Shown: positions 13,199-24,810 of the stretch, piece after piece
How positions within the stretch are numbered: the stretch's first letter is position 1
How the letters are laid out: each line of letters begins with the position of its first letter
Assembly: GCA_002633005.1 (NCBI GenBank)
Contig: NMRA01000142.1
Span: forward strand, 310,001 to 374,000
DNA length: 64,000 nucleotides
DNA from: Phoronis australis
Taxonomy: Eukaryota; Animalia; Phoronida
Direction of reading: 5' to 3'
Position numbers and translations under genes: made by a program
The notes under the pieces: model-generated
What the model saw: only the letters and a program-made list of their open reading frames with translations
Told to the model about the DNA's origin: nothing
Database searches by the model: none

Positions 13199-13859
13199 CA
13201 TACACATACATATGTATACATAAATACATTTTACTCTTCTGGGAGCGTGTGCCTTGTCGTGGCGTAACAGCTTGCGCATCTCTGTGACATCTAGAGCTAT
13301 ACCGGCGGGAGTCTTATACTTGCAGAACAGTACACGTGACTTTTTACCGCCAGATGCGAATTTGAATTTCTGAAAATTTTCCACCCAATTTCGACATGAA
13401 ACAAGGCATAATATCAAACCATGGAGGACGAGAATAGAAAAAGGAACCCCAGCACCGAAAGTACTGCATTAAATACGATTACTGAGAAGATGACGCAAAC
13501 TTCACTGGATTTTGTTATGTTCGTGGTTTTCATTAAACTTGGAGAGTTCAAAACATAACCTTATATGGCACTGGTAGCTAGAATCATAGATTGTGTAAGT
13601 TGTGCAAAACAATTCTCTGAAATCTGATTATGACTCATGAGCATGTGATCTTTAGTTCTGACAAACAAGTTTTCTGTTGAGAGTTAGACAGCATAGTGAA
13701 TAGATGTATCTTGTAGATCTAGAATAAACCCACGTAAAACCCTAACACAGAGTTGTGTTTGAAAGAGGTTTTCATACAGATTTTACAAATATTACCCCAC
13801 TCCGTGAGGCAGATCGCAGTGCCTGTGAAAGTGTTCATCCTGAAATTCTGAGGTTTTAA

Positions 13860-14062
13860 AAGACACTAACATCGCCCGAAATGATCAAAACTTTGAGAGA
13901 GCAACTGATAGACCCTGCCCTAAACGAGATTAAGAGCTTCTATGAATCCAAAATGAAGGAAAAGGACGACCAGATTCATGACCTCAACTTGGTGCAAGTG
14001 AGGTACCTTCAAAATAGTGTGGACAGTCTCGAGTAATATTCTCGCAGAAATAGTATAGTCTC
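13860..14062 (+). mobile_element. Degenerate LINE ORF1-like fragment (coiled coil plus LE-x-YSRRN motif)
   Basis: MIKTLREQLIDPALNEIKSFYESKMKEKDDQIHDLNLVQVRYLQNSVDSLE*YSRRNSIV. A TAA at 14034-14036 stands where the Q of the LEQYSRRN motif of non-LTR ORF1 proteins would be. Confidence 0.7.
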
Positions 14063-14187
14063 CACTGAGTCAACGAGCCATGAATAAGGCGAGACAATTG
14101 GCGTTTCAATTTTATACTACTTGTAGTATAAAATTAGACCCAGCAGTTGAACTGATAGTTGTTTTCAAACCCCTTCGGACAAGTACC

Positions 14188-14790
14188 GTAGTATAAAATT
14201 GAAACGCCAATTATCTCGCCTTCATTGCATATACCCAGCGGTTGAACTGATAGTGTTGTTTTCAAACCCCTTCGGAAAATTTTTCAGTTTGCTGTACGTG
14301 TAAACTGAAGTCACCCATCCCTTTATTGAACAAGAGCAATGTTGTGTATAAGGTTGAATGTGACAACTGTAAGGAATTCTATATAGGACACACACAGAGA
14401 CGCCTCTGTGACAGGTTGAAAGAACATGACACCTCAGAGAAAAGTAACATATATAGGCATTGTATTAGCTACAATCACCAAGCCAACTCTGTTAGTATTA
14501 TCTGCAGAGAACCTAATAAGGAGTTACTGTACATTAAAAAGTCATTGGCCATTCAGAACCAGCATGCCACTGATTCTCTGAATAACATGCAGAGTTCTGT
14601 GACCCTGCAGCTATGGTGATGACCAGCTACTGACCATATTCTATGTATCTTTCACTTCACTCTATGGATGTTTCCTGAGCTGTATGTTGGCACTTGTTGT
14701 CCTAAATTGTTGTAAATATGATCCTGATGATGTCTAATGAAAAGACGAAACGTTGAATTGAACATGAACTTTTTATTTGTGCGGCCATCG
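14188..14790 (+). mobile_element. 5'-truncated Penelope-like retroelement fragment (GIY-YIG endonuclease C-terminus plus 3' end)
   Basis: SIKLKRQLSRL...(frameshift)VFKPLRKIFS...KSPIPLLNKSNVVYKVECDNCKEFYIGHTQRRLCDRLKEH...IYRHC...H. The VVY..C..C...YIG.T.R....R..EH pattern with CCHH ligands is characteristic of PLE GIY-YIG domains. Confidence 0.88.
14715..14760 (+). ncRNA. Hammerhead-ribozyme-like motif in the Penelope-like element 3' region
   Basis: CTGATGA (14724-14730), stem GTCT/AGAC, GAAA (14747-14750), then palindromic AACGTT. Minimal hammerheads are an established feature of PLE repeats. Helix I pairing here is poor. Confidence 0.6.
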
Positions 14791-15017
14791 TCCGGTTTGT
14801 GGCCAAAAACTGATCAGTTTGGTGTTAATTTTCACTGAACATTATTGCGTCCCGGCTGGTTGTACGAGCCGGATTCAATCTCAAAATCCATTTCATTGTT
14901 GCGCTAAACACCCAATGAGAACGAAATGATTCCAATTTGATTAAGGAATAATTTCAGGCTAACGGAAGAGCCATCCTGACCGGCGACAGTCGACTGAGTT
15001 CATTGTTAGTCTATAGC

Positions 15018-15691
15018 CGTTTATTAAAGCACTAAAAAGTGCGTGAGTTTTTAGTAGACGCTGAGTAGGTTACCACGGAGAAATTCATCAAACCAACATA
15101 CTAGTCATTTGTACTGAGGTCGACTGGAAGTTACGGAGGCGGAAACCTGTTTTCCCAGTGGCCTCGGGTGGTCGTCCTCCGTCCGCGGCAGACAAAACGC
15201 TTAACTTTTCACCGTTAGAGGCGCTAGCGATTGAGCGGGACCTTACAAATGGAGTATTTTATCTCGTCTTTTGTTTCGCGGGGTTTTTGTTTTCATGTGA
15301 AGAGCTGAGCATGAGCTAAAACGAATTTCCATTTCGTGACTACCTTCCAGTTGATCCAGGTGAGCAATTAAACCATTTTTGTTACTAATCCATCAGAATT
15401 TTCTATTATGCACCTGAGTTCAGTTGTCTGGACAAAATGGTGAGTGTGAAATGCAGTCTGTCTCTGGCTTCTGGACCTTAGTTCCCAGCGCCGCCAGCGG
15501 CAGTGGTCTGTACTAGCACACCCACCCCATCCCCCAATGACTTTGGTGCGCCACCCATGTATTGTAATGTACGCATTTCAACCCCATGTACTTCAAACAG
15601 GTGGTAATCTACACACACTGCACACACACGCACGCACACACACACAGAGGCGCGCGCACGCCCACCCACCCCCCNNNNNNNNNNNNNNNNN

Positions 15692-15725
<34 letters not shown>

Positions 15726-17144
15726 CCGCACATCCGGTACATGCATACATTTCATTCTTTGTAATTTGCTGTTTTGCAATGCATAAAGCAAAACTGCCTG
15801 TGTGTCGGGCCATACCACACAACAGGTGGCGCAGCTGCCCATGTTAACAGCTATTTTTGTTTTATTAGTTTGAAATGTTTTTATTTTTTCTTGTTAAATG
15901 TTAAAAGTGTGTGACAAGCCAACTCTATAAAACAGAAAATTCCATATGGCAGGCGTGAAGTAGTGTCCCTGTCAATTCAGTGATTCCTATTTTTTTTCAA
16001 GTTACCAGCATTGTTATTTGTGATGTTCGGTGTTGTAAATCGACTTTATGAAAACTTTGATTTTTATGTCGTCTGCTTCCCTCTTTAAATTTCACTGTGC
16101 AATTTACAGATTTGATGTATTTTTTCTGCAGTTTGCTTATGTTTTCGAATACCATCACTTCTCATTGTATGTAATGGGTATAGTTATTGTTATTATCTTA
16201 CAGTAGAAAACTTATTATATCTTAAATTTTCTTTTTCAGAATGGACATTCTAAGTAGTGTGTACACTCACGTGATAACTGTTGGACAATTCTTGGCCGAA
16301 AATGGACTCCAAAATCAACAGTATGAAAGGTGCATACAGCTATGGAGACAGGGTTTTGTCACGGGTGATCTGACAAGAGGCACACTTAGTGGGACCTTAG
16401 AATTCCTCCGCTATAGCAACCAAGTGACCAAGTTGGGGACCCCTGACCTTCTGACAGGGCTTCATCTAGGATTTCAAAAATAAAGCATCCAGACTGGGTA
16501 CTTTCCCTATATCGCAGAGAAATGACATGAGACTGCATTTTGATGACCCCAAGTCAAATTATTGACATATATATTTTGGTATGGTTGACAGGTCTACAAT
16601 AAGGTTTATTGTATCTAACATCATATCTGAACAAAGTTTTTTATTCTGGATAGTTAAGGTAAACACCAGAGCTTACTTGTTCATTTTGCTTATGCGTCCA
16701 TATGCTGAACGGGATGCGGAAATGCTGAAGAGGGCGTCCCAGATAGGGTGTCTAAATTTGAGTCATGGTGTCCATTTCGACTCTCTGAATGCCCATTAGA
16801 TGAAGACCTGCCCCCCTGGGTCCTCCTCTGGATTGGTGCCTGACATACCTAATCTTTTGTGTGGTATGCCATTGCAATATTATACCTTCTACTTGCAAAA
16901 TTCACCAAACTTTTGCTCGTTTGTTTGGGTATTACTATCTGTGTGAACTAAGTGGTCACTAAGTTTCGAGATGAATTTGTAATATATTTTTTCAGATCTT
17001 GTGACATTCACCTTACTGATATGTAATAAGTGAAAATATGTTCTCTCTGTTTAATTATCAAAATTTAATCATTGCAGTATTGCATTTGTTTATAAACTAA
17101 TAGATGCAGAAGTAATTTTGTACTCATGACAAACAAAAGTTTTG
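15018..17144 (+). repeat. ~2.1 kb interspersed repeat, copy 2
   Basis: Same orientation as copy 1. Carries an expanded (CA)n tract with an assembly gap (15675-15691), an extra ~260-bp insertion (about 16670-16935) and ORF remnant 16241-16483. Confidence 0.85.
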
Positions 17145-17271
17145 TTTATAAACTGAACTCTGCTCCTTAAAACTCGGAGAAAACTGTTTATGAATTTATC
17201 ATAAGGTTTGGATTCTTGTAGTACTTGCATACAAAGTCCAAATTTCAGACTTTTAACTATTATCTTTTCAG

Positions 17272-17389
17272 GTATTCACCACGATTCAATGATATTGTTC
17301 TAGCTGATTTCAAGCCCATTCCAACGATGGACGGAAAAGTTAAGGAACACAACTTTACTTTGAACGAACTATTGATACAGGCTGTCACA
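17272..17389 (+). CDS. TERT: Telomerase reverse transcriptase, TEN-domain exon (first recognisable exon; the start-codon exon was not identified)
   Basis: cttttcag|G...GTCACA|gtatgt. Translates YSPRFNDIVLADFKPIPTMDGKVKEHNFTLNELLIQAVT; the C-terminal part resembles TERT 'sLkELvarvlq'. Phase 0 out matches the next exon. Confidence 0.7.
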
Positions 17390-18498
17390 GTATGTTTATT
17401 AAAATACAAACAATGACGGATCCCGGGGTGATATTTCGTCATATGGACCGAAAATGAGCGATATTGCTTTCTCGAAATCCATATGACTTGATGCGCCTAG
17501 AGGAGTGGTCTATATTTGTTTTGTTCCACGACCACTGATACTTCTTTCCTCAAATTTGTTCATCTTTTATTAGATTAGTTTATTCTTAGTGTACCGGGTT
17601 TGATGTTTTGACATTGTCAGGTCACTTTGTGGTCAAGATTTGTGGTTTCTACAGCGTCCGATTGATCAGTTCGCGAATAGGAACATCTGATGTCTAAAAT
17701 GAAACGGTCTAAGTTACGATATTTTGGAAGTTGTAGCACATTTCAGCCTATCAGAAGACAGAAATATCAATTGCCATGCAATAATAAATCATAAGTGTGC
17801 CTGAGTGTTGTCATTTATTGTACTGGTGCACAGAAAGGGCATGGTCTCATGAGAATTTATGGTAAATCAATTTGAATTTCGAAATTTTGTATTTTTTTTA
17901 AAGCTTGCAACTTCATTGCTTTAAATCCTAAAAATAATTTCTGATAATGTAGTTTAACAACACTCCTTAACTATTGTGCCACTAATGAATTAAAACTTTT
18001 CTTAACATTTGTTACTAAATTCCACATGCTTGCCTTGCTAAGTGTATACTGAATTGCTCTACACAAGTTATTTCGAAAGATAACGTTTTTCACAACTAAA
18101 CACTCTGGATTAAAGCCCCACATAGTACTAAGTAGGTCAAGATGACATTCCAAACATCAAACTGCAATACATCAGGTTAACGACGGTGCATTTTCCCTCT
18201 GAAGCAATCGGTGACCTTCATTCGGTCCATTGTGTTATCATGTACAGTTGGGAAAGTTAACTCGCTGTATTAAAAACAAAACGAAGTGTTCCCCCCATAC
18301 AGTGGTTTTCAAAGATGTGTGGGGGTTTAAAACACTAAATAAGTGCACTTAAAATGTCCTAAGTGCAGTTTCCATAGTCTTATTCATTCTTTCTCTAATG
18401 TGATGTTCTTCGTTGGCTGTTTTATTGATATGTTGGTACGCTCTTCAGCATTCATGACAAAATAGCCAGCTATCAGCTTAATTTTAAAAAAATTTCAG

Positions 18499-18561
18499 AT
18501 TTTATTGAAGAAGAATAATGGTAAAGGTGGACAAAATATTATCTCACTGGGCTTCTCACAG
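18499..18561 (+). CDS. TERT: TERT TEN-domain exon
   Basis: atttcag|ATT...CAG|gtgagt. Translates ILLKKNNGKGGQNIISLGFSQ, equivalent to the TEN motif NVLAFGF of vertebrate TERT. Phase 0/0. Confidence 0.82.
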
Positions 18562-19910
18562 GTGAGTTATTGCCTTAACACAGAATTCTACAAATATTTC
18601 AAATCTCCGATGACAATTCTTCCTAAAAAAAGGAAACTGCTCCCCGTGTCTTCCACAGATACAAAAAGTTAGCCTTTGGGAATGATTTTTATTCATTTTT
18701 TCATCAACGGTTTGCTTGCCGGCTTATGCAATTAATAGCTTGAAGTGATTACACGTATTTGCCCAATAATTTTTGTAAAAACATCCGATTGGTCTCACCT
18801 TTTTCCTTACTCGGGCAAGAAATAATTTCTGGAGTTCATACGAATCATTTGTTATTGTTGTTTGCTGCGTTGGGTTAGCTTCCGTAACTGAAGCAGTTCG
18901 GCAGTCTTTGTTATTCCGTTTTATTGCAACTAATTTCCAATTCAATCAAAGATTCGGCACACGGTGATGTTCTTTTGAAAGAGCAAATATGCCCTTGAAG
19001 AATATTGTTTTTGACACCAGACAGGGCCCCCAATCCCTTCATCTGGGGGCTGAATATCGGCCCCATTCTCCTTGAAACATACTGAAAAATCACACGAAAT
19101 TCCCCTCATGAGGCCCAAAAATTCCCCTCAAGTGACTGAAAAATTCCCCTCGAGATTCGAAATACTTGTAACTCACACAAGTGACAATTTGAAAGAGCAC
19201 AAAATGTTAGTTTTGGCTACTTGAGGCGGAGACTATGAGGGATTGCATTAGGGTGGGGGGTGCTATTGATGGTGATCGGAAGAAGGCACAGGGATCTTTC
19301 CCTTCGGGTGAACGAGGGCCCTGCCAGAGTATGATTTATACCAGTAGCTGGTTCATTAAAATATACAATTATTGACTCTCATCAATATATTGGTTTTCAG
19401 ACCCAAAAATGTGATCTATTATATCATTACATCCGCTATATAATTCATGGAAGGAGGTTATGTTTGGGATTTCAATGAGATGTCGGTCAACTATAAGTTT
19501 TGTACCCAAAGTATGGAGATTTTGAAAGCATTTGTACGAGATGCCCAAAATGTACAAAAGGAACAATCGATTATATTTTTGGAAATTTATGTTTGTGTTC
19601 ATACAAAATATCCCGCAATTGAATCGCAATGAAATCCCCAGTACTTTTCGCAAAGGCTTAAAAGAATTAATGACGTTACCACGGAAGCGGTGAATATATG
19701 AGCCGTCAATGTATTGATTTATATTACGCGTGCGACGGTGCGACCTACCACGTACCTACCATTAATACTAAAACTTGTCAAATTCATTTAATTATAAAGG
19801 TCCTTCTATATGCAATTCCGTACCAGTCACCATGATAGCACTTAATTGTCCCTTTTTAAAAAACAAGTTAAATGTCACCTTTCTAGTATGACTCAATGAA
19901 CCATCAAGTT

Positions 19911-19955
19911 TATCTACCTAGTATCTATCTATCGATCGATCGATCGATTGATCGA

Positions 19956-19995
<40 letters not shown>

Positions 19996-20008
19996 TCTGT
20001 CTATCTAT
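19911..20008. repeat. Compound tetranucleotide microsatellite (TATC/GATC/TGTC)n
   Basis: Directly visible in the sequence. Confidence 0.9.
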
Positions 20009-20088
20009 TAACCTCTGCTGATTTTATAATTTCATAATCTGTCGAACTTATCAAAATGCTATCAAATTGAATGTTTTTACTGTTTCAG

Positions 20089-20207
20089 AACAAGGGAAAG
20101 ACTTGCTTTGCTTTAGTGAACTCGATGAATCCGTCACTGGAATTGTATGGGATCAGTCCCGCATTCCAGGAAATGAGTAAAAATATTTGGAAAATTCTTC
20201 ATACTAT
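20089..20207 (+). CDS. TERT: TERT TEN-domain exon
   Basis: gtttcag|AAC...ACTAT|gtgagt. Translates NKGKTCFALVNSMNPSLELYGISPAFQEMSKNIWKILHT(I), supplying the conserved W of the W-x-x-L-x-x-x-VGDD motif. Phase 0 in, phase 2 out. Confidence 0.82.
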
Positions 20208-20357
20208 GTGAGTAAAATATAAGGTGATGTTCATGAAAAATGGACTGTTTATTAATTTGTATTTTTAAAATTGTCATCATTATTTGGTTGAATCTTGGCC
20301 ACAACTTTGATATTGTTTCTTTCGACCTTAATATAGTTAATGTTTAAACCTGTTACT

Positions 20358-20585
20358 TGTTCCAAGAAACTGACTAAATTCATTTTTGACAAAAGTCTTA
20401 AGATTTGTCTCAACTTCCACACTTTGAAACTTCCTCATCTGGTAAGTTAGTCAAAATTTAGACAAAACTTAAGTCAAACTTAAGATCTATTCCTTGAAAC
20501 GGAATTGAGACAGATTTAAAACTTATAATTGACTGAAATTTAAGGTTTGTCTTAGCCAATTCAGTTTTCTTGGAACAGGACCCCA
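20358..20585. mobile_element. MITE-like inverted-repeat element in a TERT intron
   Basis: TGTTCCAAGAAACTGA ... TCAGTTTTCTTGGAACA inverted arms with internal CTTAAG repeats. Confidence 0.65.
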
Positions 20586-20813
20586 GTAATGTAAGTGTCC
20601 TATCTCAACTAAGATGTCGTGTTATACTTGTTGAAATGGTATTTGCATTCATTTAATTAAATAATGAATTGGTGTTTTACGTGCAAGTCAACGCACTTAA
20701 TGAATATCTGAGCCGCGTTAAATTTGCTACTACTTGTTACAATAAATTTTTGAAAAAAAAAATTGCTACTCACGTTATAAACTTAATGAGTACTTACTGA
20801 AAATTTATTTCAG

Positions 20814-20896
20814 TGTCGGAGATGCCTGTTTACTGATGCTGTTAACCCAGCTGTCCATCTTTGTGAAGAAAAGTGAGAGCTTCCTACAGATAGCAG
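20814..20896 (+). CDS. TERT: TERT TEN-domain (GQ motif) exon
   Basis: atttcag|T...GCAG|gtgcat. Translates VGDACLLMLLTQLSIFVKKSESFLQIA(G), which aligns by eye to human VGDDVLVHLLARCALFV...AYQVCG. Phase 2 in, phase 1 out. Confidence 0.87.
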
Positions 20897-21466
20897 GTGC
20901 ATTTGGAGGTTTGGTGGATATCATGTCTGTCGCATATGACATGTTCTAGTTCTATAGACAAGTTGTACTTTTCTGAGAAATGTATTTTAAAACTGCTATA
21001 TACTGCTGTTTTGCTGTCAAATACAAGTTTAAGCTCAGGGCTGGCACGTTTGGTCTTCCAAAGCCCCGTAATCCTTTGTTTGAATTAAAATTGATTACTA
21101 GTACAATAAAATGCTTGGAATTTTTATGAAGGCCCGTACTGCTTCACGGTAACAAGCAACTGTAGTGAACCTGATCTAAAAAAGTGAGGAATTGTCTGTT
21201 TTTGTCAAGTCTAAAAATCACTCCTATTACGAGTACAAAACAAGATGGAGATTGATTTTATTCCTCCCAGAATTCCCCGAGTACTACCATGAGACTGATT
21301 TTATAATGGCAAATGACCCATATCAAAAGTTAGTTTTTGACAGGAGTTAAGGTTTCATTTGAAAAGGATTTCAAAACTCATTACATGTTGCTTGGAATAA
21401 AGATGTGCTAATTTTTTTCTGACATTGTTGTTTTTTGAAAATCTAGAATGGATTACCCAATTGTAG

Positions 21467-22649
21467 GGCATCCCTTACAGCTGAAATTGGTTCAAGCCAA
21501 ATTAAGGCAAAAGGCAGTCTCTAAAAACAAGGAGTCCAAGTTAAAGAAGACCGAATCTTCTCGTAAAACCTCATATGAAGTGAAAAGAAAACAGTTGCCT
21601 AGTCAGAACAGAGCAAGAGGAAAGAATGATGAAAATGATGGTGTTTCAGAAAAAAGAAATCTAATGTGTGACTCACTCATAGAATTGGATGAATCGCCAT
21701 TACCTATAAATATGCAGAGGAGTGGAGATCAGTTGCCATTGGTTCCAAAACTACAGGTCTCCAACTTCTCAATGTCGCAACAAACACGAAAAAAATCATG
21801 TGTGGCTGAGAACAGGTGTGACTGTGCTACCGCATCTCAATTTGAGGGTTGCATTTCACCAGTCTTTTCCAAGTCTCAGGAGAGTTTGTGTAATTTTGAT
21901 TCGGGATTGTTGGAATTCACTGAATCATCTGCTCATCATTCAGATCACATTGAACATGCAATAGCAAGTTGGCAGTTTCCAAAGAGCCCGCAGCCAGTGT
22001 CGCTAAAAGACTTGAGCGTTCAAAGCTTTGATCAACGCGGAAGTGGAATGAGCACTCTTAAAAAATTCCAAACTCAGCCAATGAGAGTGTTACACAAAAC
22101 TGACCAGCAACAATTTGACAGCGGTTACCTTAGCAGAACTTGCACGAATCCTATTAGTTTAGAAAAAAGTCCAGCCCCAATGTCTCCAGTAGATCCTAGT
22201 TCACAGAGATCATGTTTGGATCGCCAGATGTCCAATTTCACGGATGGAGCGCTACATGATTGCTCACATGAACTGCCAAGTTTTTACATCAGTACTGTTT
22301 CTGAAGAGATGCCAAAATGTTCTAGAGGGTGTGGCAAGATGGCGCATGTGTTGACTGTATCCACAACTAACTGCTCAGGAAACAATTTGCACTTTTCATC
22401 ACAGAACCGGTCGTCATGTTCAAATAGAAGCAATAAAAGGAAGCTAGAATGTTATCTGTCATCGGCTGATGTCCTTCAATCAAAATGCAGAAAGACTGTT
22501 CTCAATGAAGAGACAGTTAATTCGTGCACAAGTCAATGTCTGACTGTTTCCAGCTCCGCTGAAGTTGCAAATGGCAGTGATGTTTTGAAGAAGCCTACAA
22601 GGGGACGCCGTGGGAAAAAGAGACCCAAGATTTCTAAGTGCAGCTACAG
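21467..22649 (+). CDS. TERT: TERT exon: end of TEN domain (G-HPL) plus a ~390-aa low-complexity linker
   Basis: Acceptor ttgtag|GG completes QIAG-HPL (human QVCG-PPL) in the frame of ORF 21448-22653. Ser/Lys/Cys-rich linker with a basic NLS-like end (KKPTRGRRGKKRPK). Ends at the donor TACAG|gtgagg (phase 2). Confidence 0.8.
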
Positions 22650-23525
22650 GTGAGGCTTTGTTTTATTTTCACATATTAAATACTATTTTCATAAAATGTG
22701 TGCGAATGATGTATTCGTCTGTACACTTTGTTATGTTCATAATGCCATAATATGGAGGTAGTATGAGATTGCTGGAACCATGGCTCTAACCCACACAGAA
22801 CTGATGAACTTTTATGGTTAACTTGACATGCAGAGATAATAAAACCAATGAAGATGGATATAATGTATAATAACCACTGCTGACAGTAAAGTTACATTCA
22901 ACATTCCAGGCATTTTGGCCCTTTGTCCGTGGTCAAACATGTGGTATGAGACAAAGGCTGGCCATTAAAGAAAGTGAATTGTACACTAATTGATTAAAAC
23001 TCTCATACATGATGTGAATATTCCAAATAAAATATAGCCATCAAGATACTACTAAAACATAGCTTTAGGTAATAATGGTTAAAAATACAAATAATTTAAA
23101 AATGCTAAAAATTACATTTTAGTAACGGTAACATAAAAACACAATAACATGATGTTTTTTAGTAGTTATGTCTATCCATATTTTAAGTCTGCATAGCAGG
23201 ACTTACTAATTTCTGAATTCAGTTCTATGAAAACACTACATTTTTCAGATTCTGCATAATTATGCAGGCTCATACACATAAGTTACAACCATGTGATGAG
23301 CAGACGACCGCAATCCATGGTCATGTAGTGTGATCATTTTGACTGTGAGGCAAACACTCTGACTGTCAATCCACTTCTGTCTGTTCTGTTATTTACAATC
23401 TGTATATTATCAGTGCTGACCTGATTATGAAGAGTTTCTCTCTACCTCTTCCTCTTGTGTTGTTCATTTGTGTCAAGGTCTACTTGTGAACAGTTACTAT
23501 GTTCTACTGGCTGTTCAACTACTTT

Positions 23526-24810
23526 TCAATGTTCTTCTCCACACCCCTCTTGTTCATGGGAAGTCTGTTGCTGTCTTGACCTATTTATCCTTTCCTGTGT
23601 CTCTGTTGACTGTATACTTGATGGTGTGAGAATTGTTTGCTGTGCTCTTTGTCTTTGGGTCATTTGTGTCGTAGCTGTCATCTGACCAATAGCTTCTTCC
23701 ACAGTTTCCTCTTGTTTATGGGTGGCTAGTTGCATACTTGACAAAATTGCACTTTCCTTTGTCACTGCTGAGTGTATGGTAGAGGCACTGACTATTGTTC
23801 GCTTCGCTCTTTGTCTTTGAGTCATTTGTGTCGTAACTGCCATCTGACCAATAGCTTCTTCTCCACGCTCCTCATGTTCATGGGAAGCCTGTTGCTGACT
23901 TGACATACTTGTCCTATCCTTTGTCTCTGTTGTCTGTGAAATGGAGGCAGTGACCATTGTTCGATGTGCTGTTTGTCTTTGGTTCATTTGTGTCATAGCT
24001 GTCGTCTGACCAATAGCTTCTTCTGCACTTTCCTCTTGTTTAAAGGTGGCTAGTTGAAGTCTTGATGAAATTGCACTTTCCTTTGTTGCTGTTGAGTGTA
24101 CGGCAGAGGCAGTGACAATTCTTCTCTGTGCTCTTTGTCTTTGATTCATTTGTGTCATAACTGCCGTCTGACCAACGACCTCTTCTCTATGCTCCTCTTG
24201 TACATGTGAAGCCACTTGCCGACTTGACATGCTTGTCCTTTCCTGTGTCTCTGTTGACTGTATACTGGATGCTGTGACAATTGTTTGCTGTGCTCTTTGT
24301 CTTTGGGTAGTTTGTGTCATAGCTGTCATCTGACCAATAGCTTCTTCTGCACGTTCCTCTTGTTTATGGGTGGCTAGTTGCAGACTTGACGAAATTGCAC
24401 TTTCCTTTGTTGCTTTTGAGTGTACCTCAGAGGCAGTTACAATTGTTTGCTGTGCTCTTTGTCTTTGATTCATTTGTGTCATAACTGCCATCTGACCAAC
24501 AACCTCTTTTCCACGCTCATCTTGTTCATGGGAAGCCACTTGCCGACTTGGCATGCTTATCCTTTCCTTTGTCTCTGTTGACTGTATACTGGATGCTGTT
24601 ACAATTGTTTGCTGTGCTCTTTGTCTTTGGGTAATTTGTGTCATAGCTGCCATCTGACCAATAGCTTCTTCTGCACTTTCCTCTTGTTTATGGGTGGCTA
24701 GTTGCAGACTTGACAAAATTGCACTTTCTTTTGTTGCTTTTGCGTGTACAGTAGAGGCAGCAAATACAATTTGTTGTGCTTGTTGTCTGTGGTCCATTTG
24801 TGTCATGACT
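23526..24810 (-). repeat. Coding tandem repeat, 162 bp / 54 aa, about 8 units with A/B alternation
   Basis: Anchor TCTGACCAA recurs at 23681, 23843, 24005 and onward at 162-bp steps. Unit resembles GQMxAMTQxxQRQRAQQTIVTASxxxSxxTKE. Confidence 0.92.

Noticed and set aside
13737-13747. AACCCTAAC resembling a telomerase RNA template
   Set aside because: It is only a 9-nt match, expected by chance in a window of this size. No pseudoknot or H/ACA features were discernible.
19369-19653. ORFs 19447-19632 (+) and 19369-19653 (-) as extra TERT exons or a nested gene
   Set aside because: The flanking TERT exons join in phase without them, there is an in-frame stop just upstream of the plus-strand ORF, and no motif is recognisable.
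21448-22653. Stand-alone 401-aa protein
   Set aside because: It is bounded by splice sites in phase with the upstream TEN exons, and its TGA lies inside the donor GTGAGG, so it is better read as an internal TERT exon.
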